DNA of 64,000 bases, from the NCBI GenBank assembly GCA_934098665.1, contig CAKOOO010000003.1, positions 28,125-92,124 on the forward strand, in the 5' to 3' direction. The translations under genes were made by a program, and so were the position numbers. The notes beneath the pieces are model-generated. The model was not told where the DNA came from and made no database searches. It was given only the letters and a program-made list of their open reading frames with translations. Positions 50,674-60,609 of the stretch are shown in pieces (position 1 is the first letter of the stretch; the number at the start of each line of letters is the position of its first letter). This DNA is from an uncultured Bacilli bacterium (lineage in GTDB: Bacteria > Bacillota_I > Bacilli_A > RF39 > UBA660).

Positions 50674-51390
50674 CTATAAAATATATAAAATTATTATTAT
50701 TATAATTCCAACTATTAAACCAAAATATGTAAATTTATTATTTTTATAACTAATCATTTCTTTTAAAAGTTCAAATAAACATAAATATATTAACATGCCT
50801 AATGTAAAGCACTCTAAATAAAGTTCTATGCTTTCTAAATTAAATATATAATATTTACTTATTATACCTCCGATAAAACCAGATATTGCTAAAATAAATA
50901 TTTTTAAAAATTTTTTATTTTTTAAATTACTACCTATTTGAAAACCTAAAGGTAAATTATGAAGTCCTATTGCAAGACACATAATAGCACCAGCTTTAAA
51001 GTCTTTTTTAGCTACATTATAAAGGGCTGCATTTTCAAGTATATTATGAAGAAAAAGTGATGTAATTGTAATAATACCGATATGCTCTAAATGTGAAGAG
51101 TGTTCTTTTAAATTGTCATGTTTTTCTTTATGATTATGGTTATGATCTGGAATAAAAAAATCAAATATTTTTAAAATAGCAATTCCAAGTACTATAATTA
51201 AAATTCCTGTAAAATCTAAATGATTTTTTATTTCAGGAAATATATCAAATATAATTAAATAAAGTAAGATTACAAACGAAAGAGATATTGATAATATATT
51301 AATATTCTTATTAGATTTACATAATTTATTAAGTAGTATTCCTAAAAGAAAAAATATTCCTGTAACAATTGTTAATACTAATGCTTTCAT
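50674..51390 (-). CDS. ZIP-family metal (zinc) transporter
   Basis: Polytopic. His-rich loop HNHNHKEKHDNLKEHSSHLEH. HNILEN and HNLPLG ZIP signature motifs. Confidence 0.8.
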   Translation of the reverse strand: MKALVLTIVTGIFFLLGILLNKLCKSNKNINILSISLSFVILLYLIIFDIFPEIKNHLDFTGILIIVLGIAILKIFDFFIPDHNHNHKEKHDNLKEHSSHLEHIGIITITSLFLHNILENAALYNVAKKDFKAGAIMCLAIGLHNLPLGFQIGSNLKNKKFLKIFILAISGFIGGIISKYYIFNLESIELYLECFTLGMLIYLCLFELLKEMISYKNNKFTYFGLIVGIIIIIILYIL

Positions 51391-51458
51391 TTATTACCTC
51401 CAAAGATATTGTACTAAATTAATAGTAAAAAGTCTATATTTATTAAAAAAACATGAAT

Positions 51459-52094
51459 TTAACATTCACGTACATTATCAATAATAAGTGATGCATTATA
51501 AGTTTTATTTGCATTTATATCTTGATCTATATTTTTAAAATAATTAAATGTTATCATAGCTTTATAGCTTATAACTTTTGTAACTCTTTTCGTAGTAGAA
51601 ATACTATGTTCATAATTATCAATATTTAAATTAACTGGTATACTTAATTTTCCAGTTTTTTGAGTTATATCTTCACTATCAAGTACTAAATGATACTGTT
51701 CATTATCAGTTTTTGAATATACATTTAAAGAAAGTTCTGCATTTGGATAATTACTATATTCAAATATTTTTTCTTGTGGTAAATTTATACTTACATCATA
51801 ACAATATTTTGCACTTTTTTTAGTGGTATCAAGTATAACATCAATTATGGTTTCTCCACTTACAGAGTGACCTACACTTTTAATAAAATTATAATCTGTA
51901 GCTTTAATAACCGCATCATTTGTCTTTTTCATTTGAAGTGTATCAACACCTTTAGTTTCAACATTTATATTAAAATTTCCATAAGTAAAATCTTTAGTAA
52001 TAAAATAAGCATAAGTTCCTACAGTTATAATCATTACAAAAATAAAAATAAATAATATTAAATAAATTTGGGTTCTTCTTTTATCTTTATCCAT
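51459..52094 (-). CDS. Secreted protein carrying only the N-terminal AYF-type module of the long paralogues
   Basis: MDKDKRRTQIYLILFIFIFVMIITVGTYAYFITKDFTYGNFNINVETKG parallels ...VIAAAFAYFSDMSAGLTNNVAVNVTALSG of paralogues A and B (TM, then G/A-x-(Y/F)-A-Y-F, then N-h-N-V-x-T). Confidence 0.55.
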   Translation of the reverse strand: MDKDKRRTQIYLILFIFIFVMIITVGTYAYFITKDFTYGNFNINVETKGVDTLQMKKTNDAVIKATDYNFIKSVGHSVSGETIIDVILDTTKKSAKYCYDVSINLPQEKIFEYSNYPNAELSLNVYSKTDNEQYHLVLDSEDITQKTGKLSIPVNLNIDNYEHSISTTKRVTKVISYKAMITFNYFKNIDQDINANKTYNASLIIDNVREC

Positions 52095-52159
52095 ATTACT
52101 TTCCTCTATTCTATATATAGAATATCAAATTATTTGTTATTTTTCAATATTATTAATAC

Positions 52160-52810
52160 CTATTTATTTTTTAATTCAATTATTTCATTTAACTTATTTG
52201 TTATTTTATTAATAATTTCTTGCATTGTGTCATTATCATCAATAATTAAAAGATTAAATTCACTCTTATTATAATTAATAAAATCTTTCATTTTATTATT
52301 AAACTTTTTAAATATATCTTTTTCATAATTTGTAAATTTCCTATTATCTCTATTTTGTGAACGTTCTAGTGATGTTTCTATATTTATATCAAAAAATACT
52401 AATAAATCAATTTTTTTATCGCCAGATTTCATACATGAAAGTACACTATTCATAAAATCTTGAGAATTATCAATATTATTTTCTAATAATACAGATTGAT
52501 ATGAATATACAGAAAAATAACTTCTGTCAAATAAATTTATATCATTATTTTCACTATATATTTTTTCTCTTAAAAACAAATAATCTGCTGCTTGTAACAA
52601 AGTTTCATATCTTAACGTATTAAAATTTTCATTTAATGTTACTAACACATTATCATTATACATTTTTCTTATTACATTATATAATGGTGTACTTTTGTCA
52701 ATATCATTTGTAACGCCAACTTTATAGTTTTTTTCATATATTTCTTTAACTTTTTTTATAATAGTTGTTTTTCCTGCACCGGTTGATCCTTCAAAAACTA
52801 CATTAATCAT
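52160..52810 (-). CDS. tmk: Thymidylate kinase-like (dTMP/deoxynucleoside kinase fold)
   Basis: VVFEGSTGAGKTT P-loop and FDRSYFSVYSYQ (the Tmk DRY..S..AYQ-like motif). Confidence 0.55.
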   Translation of the reverse strand: MINVVFEGSTGAGKTTIIKKVKEIYEKNYKVGVTNDIDKSTPLYNVIRKMYNDNVLVTLNENFNTLRYETLLQAADYLFLREKIYSENNDINLFDRSYFSVYSYQSVLLENNIDNSQDFMNSVLSCMKSGDKKIDLLVFFDINIETSLERSQNRDNRKFTNYEKDIFKKFNNKMKDFINYNKSEFNLLIIDDNDTMQEIINKITNKLNEIIELKNK

Positions 52811-52839
52811 TTATTACCTCCAAAGCATTACCTTATTTT

Positions 52840-53481
52840 TTAGTCTTTTCTTTTGTATCTTTCAAGAACCTTTTTATAAGTCATTACTTTTTCTTTTGTT
52901 TCACTTTTCATAACTTCATCGTAATAACAACTTGAACAAAGAGGAACATATGTAGTATTATTAACTCCATCAATTGCAACTTCAGCACCATCAAAAACAA
53001 AAACTCCATTTTCCTTTCTTGCATTAAACACTGCCGTTTCACCACACCTACAATTAACAGTCAATTCATACTTTCTGTCAGCAAAACCAATTAAAGTTTG
53101 AGTACCTTCGAAAAGTCTACCTTTAAAATTACTTTTAAGAGCATAGCATATTACAGCAATGCCCACTTTATGAGAAAGCATCCAAAATTCAATTATTTGT
53201 TTTTCAGTTAAAAACTCGGCTTCATCCACAAGTATAACCTCAGTACCTTTAATAAGGGGTAAAAATTTATCATCAAAAATCGAATCAGTTTTTGATAAAA
53301 TTATGTCCACCGGAGCAAACTCATTTGTTCTATTTACAACTGTATTACCACCTTTTGTATCTATCGAAGGTTTAATAATTAAAACCTTGTGTCCATGTTT
53401 ACGATAATTATAATTATCTTGCAAAAGTTTTGTTGTTTTACCACTTTCCATTGTCCCATAAAATAAAGTTAAATCTGTCAT
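52840..53481 (-). CDS. tdk: Thymidine kinase
   Basis: FYGTMESGKTT P-loop, VDEAEF, and the zinc ribbon CRCGE...CSSCY. Confidence 0.9.
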   Translation of the reverse strand: MTDLTLFYGTMESGKTTKLLQDNYNYRKHGHKVLIIKPSIDTKGGNTVVNRTNEFAPVDIILSKTDSIFDDKFLPLIKGTEVILVDEAEFLTEKQIIEFWMLSHKVGIAVICYALKSNFKGRLFEGTQTLIGFADRKYELTVNCRCGETAVFNARKENGVFVFDGAEVAIDGVNNTTYVPLCSSCYYDEVMKSETKEKVMTYKKVLERYKRKD

Positions 53482-53483
53482 TT

Positions 53484-54206
53484 TTACTCCTTAAACTCTA
53501 GCATCTTTTTATCTAAATACAACCCTGTAAAAGAATCATAATAATCTGTTAAAAATTTATTAATTATTTTTTTTAATTTATCATCAACTTTAACCGACGT
53601 AATCGATCCTATGTCTATATAATAATACATTCTTAAAAGTTTTACTACCCTTAAATCAATAATTTGTTCATTTGTTAAACAATTTTTACAAATAAGACCA
53701 CCATATGAAGCATCAATTGTTGCAATACCATTTTTTGTTCCACACTTAACGCACGCATCTAAACTTAAAGCTACTCCTAAAAAAGGAAGAAATTTTACCT
53801 CTAAAATGTTACATATTACAAGTGGGTCAAAGCCTTCATTAATTTTTAAAATACTACTTATAAAAAGTTCATATATTTTAGAACTTTTTGTTTCTTTTAA
53901 AACGCCAGTAACAAGTTTAACTAAATATAGTGATACCGTAACTTTTTCTAAATCAGTTTTAATATTTACAAGCGGATCTATAATATCTACAGAAATTAAA
54001 GTAGAAAGTTTTCCTTCTTTGTAACGCAAATTAAAAACGCCATAGGATAAAACCTGCGTAGTAGCTCTAAAAGGTGATTTCATACTTTTAGCTCCTTTAC
54101 ACATTATTCCTATAAGGCCTTTTTCTTTTGTTAATACATTTATTATTTTACTTGTTTCTCCATAAGGTGTTTCACTCATTACTATACCTTGTACTTCTAA
54201 TGGCAT
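53484..54206 (-). CDS. recO: DNA repair protein RecO
   Basis: 240 aa, OB-fold N-terminus, CVKCG...CKNC zinc finger. Era-yqzL-recO synteny as in Bacillus. Confidence 0.85.
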   Translation of the reverse strand: MPLEVQGIVMSETPYGETSKIINVLTKEKGLIGIMCKGAKSMKSPFRATTQVLSYGVFNLRYKEGKLSTLISVDIIDPLVNIKTDLEKVTVSLYLVKLVTGVLKETKSSKIYELFISSILKINEGFDPLVICNILEVKFLPFLGVALSLDACVKCGTKNGIATIDASYGGLICKNCLTNEQIIDLRVVKLLRMYYYIDIGSITSVKVDDKLKKIINKFLTDYYDSFTGLYLDKKMLEFKE

Positions 54207-54207
54207 A

Positions 54208-54297
54208 TTATTTTCCTTTGCTTTCTTTTTTATAATTTAAATAATCTTCTATTTTACCGGAATTTTTAAATTTATCCCAAGCCTTTTTTTTATTCAA
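54208..54297 (-). CDS. YqzL-like small protein (29 aa; below the ORF-track cutoff), TTG start
   Basis: Minus strand: AAGGGTGAAAA, then TTG, then (M)NKKKAWDKFKNSGKIEDYLNYKKESKGK. The W-x-x-F-x-x-(S/T)G-x-I-x-x-YL-x-(Y/F)K pattern and the position between era and recO match Bacillus yqzL. Confidence 0.5.
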   Translation of the reverse strand: MNKKKAWDKFKNSGKIEDYLNYKKESKGK

Positions 54298-54341
54298 ATT
54301 TTCACCCTTTCTAAATATATAATGGGTAAATATTATTTTTT

Positions 54342-55226
54342 TTATTCATTATTTAAATAACCTAATTCTAATAAATATTTTTCTTTATCTTTCCAGTTTT
54401 TAATAGTTTTAACATAAAGTTCTATATATACTTTTTTACCAACCATTTTTTCAATTTCTTCACGTGATTCAATGCCGACTTTCTTAAGTCTACTTCCACC
54501 TTTTCCAATAATAATTTTTTTTATGGAATCACGGTCTACTATAATATCTACTAAAATGTTAACAACATCTTTTTTTTCATGATAGCCAATACAGTTACAA
54601 GCAATTGAATGTGGCACTTCTTCAATTGTATCATTTAATAGTTTTTCTCTAACTATTTCTGATACCATAAAACTCATTGAATTTGAGGTTATCATATCAT
54701 CATCATAATATTTTACTTCATCTGTTAAATATTTTTTTATAACAGTAATAAGTCTATCTATATTATCATTTGTCATCGCAGATACTGGGACAATATCTGA
54801 AAATGGATATAAATCTTTATACTCATTTATTGTATATAAAAGTATTTCATCACTTATCATATCAATTTTATTTATTACTAAAATAACTGGAATTTCTACA
54901 GATTTAAGCATATTTAGTATATATTTATCTCCAGCTCCTATTCCTTTTTTACCATCAACTACAAAAAGAATTGCATCAACATCTTGTGCCATTTCTCTTG
55001 CTTTTTTATTTAATACTTTACCAAGTCTATTAATAGGTTTACTAATTCCTGGTGTATCAACAAATATTATTTGATAATCCTTTTCATTATAAATACCTTG
55101 AATTACATTTCTTGTTGTACCTGCTTTATCTGAAGTAATTGCAATTTTTTCATTTATAACAGCATTTAATAATGTTGATTTACCTACATTTGGTCTTCCT
55201 ATTAAACTTACAAAACCACTTCTCAT
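54342..55226 (-). CDS. era: GTPase Era
   Basis: GRPNVGKSTL (G1), DTPG (G3), NKID (G4), C-terminal KH domain with IIGKGGSRLK. Confidence 0.95.
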   Translation of the reverse strand: MRSGFVSLIGRPNVGKSTLLNAVINEKIAITSDKAGTTRNVIQGIYNEKDYQIIFVDTPGISKPINRLGKVLNKKAREMAQDVDAILFVVDGKKGIGAGDKYILNMLKSVEIPVILVINKIDMISDEILLYTINEYKDLYPFSDIVPVSAMTNDNIDRLITVIKKYLTDEVKYYDDDMITSNSMSFMVSEIVREKLLNDTIEEVPHSIACNCIGYHEKKDVVNILVDIIVDRDSIKKIIIGKGGSRLKKVGIESREEIEKMVGKKVYIELYVKTIKNWKDKEKYLLELGYLNNE

Positions 55227-55232
55227 AGCACC

Positions 55233-55631
55233 CTACTTAAAAAGCTGTATTAAATATGGAATAAAAATTATTCCATTAACAATAAGGGCCATAAATGTTG
55301 CCATACATGTTGCCGCAGAGCCACAATCTTTAGCAACTTTTGCAAGAGGATGATACTCTTGTGTAACAAGGTCTACTGTAGCCTCTATAGCGGTATTTAA
55401 AAATTCTATTTCCATTATTAAAAGCATACTAATAAGGGCGAATATCCACTGCATAAAAGTTATTTTAAATGCTATACCACAAATAACTATTGCCACTATA
55501 CCAATAGTTTCAAATATAAAGCTTGTTTCATGAGTATAACAATATAAAAAACCTTGAAATGAATATTTAAATTTATGCATTACATCTTTAATAGGTCCAA
55601 CTTTTTCACCTTTGCGTTTTATTAAATCCAT
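55233..55631 (-). CDS. dgkA: Diacylglycerol/undecaprenol kinase (DgkA family)
   Basis: 132 aa, 3 TM segments, EFLNTAIEATVD signature. Confidence 0.85.
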   Translation of the reverse strand: MDLIKRKGEKVGPIKDVMHKFKYSFQGFLYCYTHETSFIFETIGIVAIVICGIAFKITFMQWIFALISMLLIMEIEFLNTAIEATVDLVTQEYHPLAKVAKDCGSAATCMATFMALIVNGIIFIPYLIQLFK

Positions 55632-56052
55632 TTAATACCAACTCCTGTTTTCTAAACATTTTTTCTTCTTCCTCTTTGGAAATAGTATGATCATAGCCAA
55701 GTAAATGTAAAAGACCATGTACCGCTAAAAAAGCTATTTCTCTAGTTTCATTATGACCATACATTTTTGCTTGCTCTTTCATACGAGGAATACATATATA
55801 AATCTCTCCTAAAATACGTATATTATTATAACTATTTTTGTCATTATCTTCAAAGGCAAATGATATAACATCAGTTACTTTATCAATATTTCGGTATTCT
55901 CTATTAATTCTTTGAATTGTCTTTTCATTTACAAGAATAACATCAAAATAAGCATTTGTAACTTTTTCCATTTTCAAAGTTCTTTTTAAAACTTTTTTTA
56001 TAATACCATATTTTTTATAATTAACTGTATCTGTTATCCTAAATTTATTCAT
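55606..56052 (-). CDS. ybeY: rRNA maturation endoribonuclease YbeY
   Basis: HGLLHLLGYDH zinc motif. The start is moved to MNKFRITD... (ATG at 56052, ATGA overlap with the upstream VanZ-like gene), so the track ORF is 18 codons too long. Confidence 0.88.
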   Translation of the reverse strand: MNKFRITDTVNYKKYGIIKKVLKRTLKMEKVTNAYFDVILVNEKTIQRINREYRNIDKVTDVISFAFEDNDKNSYNNIRILGEIYICIPRMKEQAKMYGHNETREIAFLAVHGLLHLLGYDHTISKEEEEKMFRKQELVLNGFNKTQR

Positions 56053-56648
56053 ACATTCCCCCAATAAAAATATAACAATACTATTATAACTAAAATTAAG
56101 ACACAAATCAAATTATAAATCCATGTTTTTTTAAAATTTTCTGGTATTTTTGAATAAAGTTTATAAATTAAAAAGCCAATTATACAACCAATTGTATTAA
56201 GAAGTATATCATCAATATCAAAACTTCTACCAATCTGTTTTTGAACAAACTCAATTGTTGTACTAACTATTAAGGCAGATATTAAAGTTGTCCATACTTT
56301 TTTAGTTTTAAAATAAGTATTTATTATAAATCCAAAAGGAATAAATAAAACAATATTACCTATAACATTCATTAAAAAAAGTTCACTTGAAATACTATAT
56401 CTAGATATTTCTTGGAAAGGAATTATATTTACTCCACCACCTAAAGTATTATAATCAACTCTTGTAACAAGTTCATAAAGCAAAAGTAAATAAGTTACAC
56501 TTAATATTAAAAAAAACTCTTTATAAAAATATATTTTTTCTTTTTTGGATATCTGATAACATATTCTTAATACTAAAACTATTACATTTACTATTACAAG
56601 CGAAGGCCATATACGTTTTAAACTTTCATTAAGAATATTATAAATCAT
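56049..56648 (-). CDS. VanZ-like family membrane protein
   Basis: Polytopic. IEFVQKQIGRSFDIDDILLNTIGCIIGFLIY matches the VanZ-like signature. Confidence 0.7.
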   Translation of the reverse strand: MIYNILNESLKRIWPSLVIVNVIVLVLRICYQISKKEKIYFYKEFFLILSVTYLLLLYELVTRVDYNTLGGGVNIIPFQEISRYSISSELFLMNVIGNIVLFIPFGFIINTYFKTKKVWTTLISALIVSTTIEFVQKQIGRSFDIDDILLNTIGCIIGFLIYKLYSKIPENFKKTWIYNLICVLILVIIVLLYFYWGNV

Positions 56649-56661
56649 AAGTCCTCCTTTA

Positions 56662-57786
56662 CTAATTTGCTATATCTTCGAGCGTTACAATAAATATATC
56701 TATATTCATTGTACTATCATTTATAGTTTTTTGCAAAACTTTTTCATAAATTATTTCATCTTTTTCTTTTATACTTAAATTTATTTTTTCTTTAGCATTT
56801 TCTAAGGCTTTTTTAATAATTTCATCTTCAGAATAAGTCTTTTTGATTTTTTTAATTTCAGTATCTTTTCTTAAATAAAATTTTATCCCAAGTCCACTAA
56901 ATAAAAGTTTATTTTCTGATGTAAAGTTTTTTATTCTATTGTTTAAAATTACATAGTCTTTATCATCTATATTAAAAACAAAATTATATCTTTTCTTTTT
57001 AGTTTTTTTTGCTTCATACATTTCAAATGGCATATTAATATTTACTGTATAATAAACTTGTGCATAAACACTACCTTTTGCGCAAACACTTCCAACTACA
57101 TTTTCATTTAAATAAATATCTTTACTAATTAATAAATCACCTTTTTTTACATAAGTATTCATTTTAGCATAAGACGTTCCCTTTTCAACTCTAATAGTTT
57201 TAACAAGACCATCCTTTTTAGCATATACATCACAAGAAGTATTTTCTTTTACCGGAGTTTTAATTACCTTTTCTTCAACACTTACAATATATCTCATTCC
57301 TTTTACTTCAATTTCTAACCAGTCAATTATATCATTATTTTCATTTTTTATTTTTTCTTTAATCGTTTCTATTTGCGAAAAACTTTTTTTTAATGTATAT
57401 TTTTTTATACCTAAATCAGATAAAGATACAAGTAAAATATTTTTTAATTTTTCGTTTTCACTTTGAATGTTTATATCAACAATAAAGTTACTAAAAAAGA
57501 AGACTAAAAAAAGTGATAAACTTAAACTTATAAATAATAAATAATATTTTTTAAATAACTTAAAATAATGTTTTTGTCCATAATATCTTACAACCTCAAA
57601 ATTCAAATATTTATAATATTTATTAATTTTTTCAAGGTCATCCTCTAAAATTTTTATATATAATTTATTATTTGAAATAAAACAGTCATAAATAGAAATA
57701 TTTTGATTATTAAGTTTTATAATAATGCTATTTAAGTTTAAATTATTTGTTTTAATTAAAATATAATTTTTAATTTTTTTGAACAT
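56662..57786 (-). CDS. yqfD: Sporulation protein YqfD
   Basis: 374 aa, single central TM segment, located after yqfC and before the ybeY-dgkA-era cluster as in Bacillus. Confidence 0.7.
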   Translation of the reverse strand: MFKKIKNYILIKTNNLNLNSIIIKLNNQNISIYDCFISNNKLYIKILEDDLEKINKYYKYLNFEVVRYYGQKHYFKLFKKYYLLFISLSLSLFLVFFFSNFIVDINIQSENEKLKNILLVSLSDLGIKKYTLKKSFSQIETIKEKIKNENNDIIDWLEIEVKGMRYIVSVEEKVIKTPVKENTSCDVYAKKDGLVKTIRVEKGTSYAKMNTYVKKGDLLISKDIYLNENVVGSVCAKGSVYAQVYYTVNINMPFEMYEAKKTKKKRYNFVFNIDDKDYVILNNRIKNFTSENKLLFSGLGIKFYLRKDTEIKKIKKTYSEDEIIKKALENAKEKINLSIKEKDEIIYEKVLQKTINDSTMNIDIFIVTLEDIAN

Positions 57787-58009
57787 ATTTTATATTTCCT
57801 TTTATTAAAAGCTCACATTTATTCATTTTATTTATTTTTAAATTTTCACCATTTATACTTATCGTAAAGTTTTCAAATTCAAGTACTATTTTATTATTTT
57901 GTAAAGTAATTATTTTTTTATAATTATAAATATAAGTGACATCATCATAAAATGCAATATAATAGTTTTTATCATATAAATAATTTTCTAAAATATTTTT
58001 AATATTCAA
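57770..58009 (-). CDS. yqfC: Sporulation protein YqfC (YabP family)
   Basis: 79 aa, ...NNKIVLEFENFTISINGENLKINKMNKCELLIKGNI, the YabP-type beta repeat pattern. Overlaps yqfD. Confidence 0.6.
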   Translation of the reverse strand: MNIKNILENYLYDKNYYIAFYDDVTYIYNYKKIITLQNNKIVLEFENFTISINGENLKINKMNKCELLIKGNIKYVQKN

Positions 58010-58048
58010 TTTTCTTCACCAATAAAGTATATGAAAAAAAGAAGACTT

Positions 58049-60193
58049 TTAATCTTCTTTGAAAAGAGATAATTGAACCTTTTCTTTTTCTTTATCAATG
58101 CTTGTTACATAAACTGTTACTATATCGCCCACTAAAAGTATTTGACTTGGATGCTTTATAAAATTTTTACTCATTTTTGAAATATGTACAAGGCCATCAT
58201 TATGAAGACCAATATCCACAAAAGCGCCAAAATCTACTACATTACGTACTGTTCCCTCTAATGCATCACCAACTTTTAAATCTTTAATTTCTAAAATATC
58301 ACTTTTTAAAATTGGTTTTTGCATTTCATCCCTTGGATCACGATGAGGTTTTTTTAAACTATTTATTATAGTTTCAATAGTATATTTGTCACTATTAATT
58401 TCACCAGCTAATTTAATAATATCAACACAATTCAGTTTTTCACTACTCTTTCCTATATCACTTTCTAAAATGCCTAATTTATCCATAACTTTTCTAGCTA
58501 TTTCGTAACTTTCTGGATGAATATCAGTAGTATCAAAAATATTAGTACCGCCTTCAACACGCATAAAGCCTATTGCTTGTTCATAAATTTTTTCACTTAA
58601 AAGTTTATTTTTTAAAACTTCTTCACGAGTAAGTATTTTGCCTTTTTCCTCTCTAAATTTAATTATTTTATCAATTGCTGTTTTAGTAAGACCAGAAATA
58701 TATTTTAATAGTGATCTACTTGCTGTATTTATATTTACTCCAACTTCATTTACAACACTAGTTACCACAAAATCAAGTGATGAAGATAATTTTTTTGCAT
58801 TTACATCATGCTGATAAAGACCAACACCAATACTTTCAGGAGTTATTTTAACAAGTTCTGAAAGTGCATCTTGAAGTCTTCTCCCAATACTTATAGCACT
58901 TCTTTCTTCGACAACAAGATTTGGAAATTCCTTAATAGCAAGTGGTGATGCACTATAAACTGATGCCCCTGCTTCAGAAACAATTATATAATCAACTTTT
59001 CTTTGAATACTTTTTATTACATCAATAATAAATTTTTCACTTTCCCTTGAAGCAGTTCCATTACCAATTGCCACAATATCAATATTATATTCATTAATTA
59101 AATTAATCGTTTTATTTTTTGCTTCATCATACTTATTAACTGGAGGATGAGGATATATTTTTTCAATTTTTAATACCTTTCCCACGGGATTTAAAACAGC
59201 AAGTTTGCAACCCGTTCTGTAAGCAGGGTCAAATCCTAGTACCATTTTATCTTTAATTGGTGGCGTCAAAAGAAGTTTTTCTAAATTATCACTAAAATTT
59301 TTAATGGCAACATCCTCGGCTTTTTCTGACAAAATAGCACGTACTTCCCTTTCAACACTTGGATAAATTAACCTCTTATAACTATCTTTTATAGCATTTA
59401 TCACAATATCACAAACAAAACTTTCTTTGTCTTTAATTATTTTACTTTCAAGAAATTCTAAAACTTTATCATCATCTACATCAATTGAAACACTTATAAC
59501 TTTTTCTTTTTCTGCCCTATTAATTGCTAAAATTCTATATGATTTTGCTTTTGAGACTGCTTCCTTAAAATCATAATACATTTCATAAACTTTTTTCTCA
59601 TCTTCAGCGTCTTTTTTCTTTTTAGTAACTATCAACCCATTTTTGAAAATAAAACTTCTAAGCCATTTACGATAGTATGCATTATCCGAAATATACTCGG
59701 CTATGATATAACTTGCCCCTGTAACTGCTTCTTCATGTGTTTTCACTTTATCATTTATAAATTTAGAACATAAAGATGAAATATCACCTTTTGTAGGAAA
59801 AGCCATTATCATTTTAGCAAGTGGTTCAAGACCATTATTAATTGCATCAGTTGCTTTTGTTTTTTTCTTTTCTTTAAATGGTCTATAAAGGTCCTCGACT
59901 TCAACAAGTTTTTCAGCATTTAATATTTTTTCTTTTAATTCATCAGTAAGTAATCCTTTTTCCTCAATTAACTTAATTACACTTTCTTTTCTATCAAGCA
60001 AATTAATTTCATATGCATAAACTTCGTTAATTTTACGAAGCTGTTCTTCATCTAAAGCACCGGTAACTTCCTTACGATATCTAGCAATAAATGGTATTGT
60101 TGCACCATCAGAAAGTAATTTTAAAGCACTTTCAACTTGACTTTTTTTAACATTTAAATTATTTGCTATATTTTCTATTATTTTTTCATTCAT
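58049..60193 (-). CDS. tex: Tex-like transcription accessory protein (YqgF/RuvC-like, HhH and S1 domains)
   Basis: 714 aa. IPFIARYRKE N-terminus, GFDPAYRTGCK (YqgF domain), C-terminal S1 domain GTVRNVVDFGAFVDIG. Confidence 0.92.
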   Translation of the reverse strand: MNEKIIENIANNLNVKKSQVESALKLLSDGATIPFIARYRKEVTGALDEEQLRKINEVYAYEINLLDRKESVIKLIEEKGLLTDELKEKILNAEKLVEVEDLYRPFKEKKKTKATDAINNGLEPLAKMIMAFPTKGDISSLCSKFINDKVKTHEEAVTGASYIIAEYISDNAYYRKWLRSFIFKNGLIVTKKKKDAEDEKKVYEMYYDFKEAVSKAKSYRILAINRAEKEKVISVSIDVDDDKVLEFLESKIIKDKESFVCDIVINAIKDSYKRLIYPSVEREVRAILSEKAEDVAIKNFSDNLEKLLLTPPIKDKMVLGFDPAYRTGCKLAVLNPVGKVLKIEKIYPHPPVNKYDEAKNKTINLINEYNIDIVAIGNGTASRESEKFIIDVIKSIQRKVDYIIVSEAGASVYSASPLAIKEFPNLVVEERSAISIGRRLQDALSELVKITPESIGVGLYQHDVNAKKLSSSLDFVVTSVVNEVGVNINTASRSLLKYISGLTKTAIDKIIKFREEKGKILTREEVLKNKLLSEKIYEQAIGFMRVEGGTNIFDTTDIHPESYEIARKVMDKLGILESDIGKSSEKLNCVDIIKLAGEINSDKYTIETIINSLKKPHRDPRDEMQKPILKSDILEIKDLKVGDALEGTVRNVVDFGAFVDIGLHNDGLVHISKMSKNFIKHPSQILLVGDIVTVYVTSIDKEKEKVQLSLFKED

Positions 60194-60279
60194 ATTTTAC
60201 CTCTTTTTAAATTATACAAAAAAAGATGGTTTTTTTCTACTATCTTTGATAGATTTTTACACAACCGTTTTTAACGATT

Positions 60280-60609
60280 CTAATAATTATCAACGTTAGT
60301 TTCATATTTTTGTAAAAGTAAATTCATTTGGTATAAATATGTTCCATCAAATGCTAGTGAAAAAAGTGAAATTGGATAATTACTAAATCTCGTTGTACAT
60401 TTAATTTCTATTCCATAATAATCAGGGAAAAACATACTATCTGGTGTTTTTTATATTTCTTTTTCAAAAGTATTTCAAACTGCTGAAGTAAAATTATTAA
60501 CACCTTTAATCCATCCTTTTTTTGCTATTTTTTTAAATTTGGTTATTAAATTTTCATATTTTTCATCTTGTATATCTAATCCTTTTTTAGTATAAAAATT
60601 TAATTTGTG
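60280..60609 (-). pseudogene. Decayed PD-(D/E)XK nuclease-like gene (type II restriction-endonuclease-like), no start codon, two in-frame stops
   Basis: A single minus frame reads HKLNFYTKKGLDIQDEKYENLITKFKKIAKKGWIKGVNNFTSAV*NTFEKEI*KTPDSMFFPDYYGIEIKCTTRF...VDNY*. In-frame TGA at 60477..60475 and TAA at 60453..60451. PD-x4-E-x-K catalytic-type motif. Confidence 0.45.
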
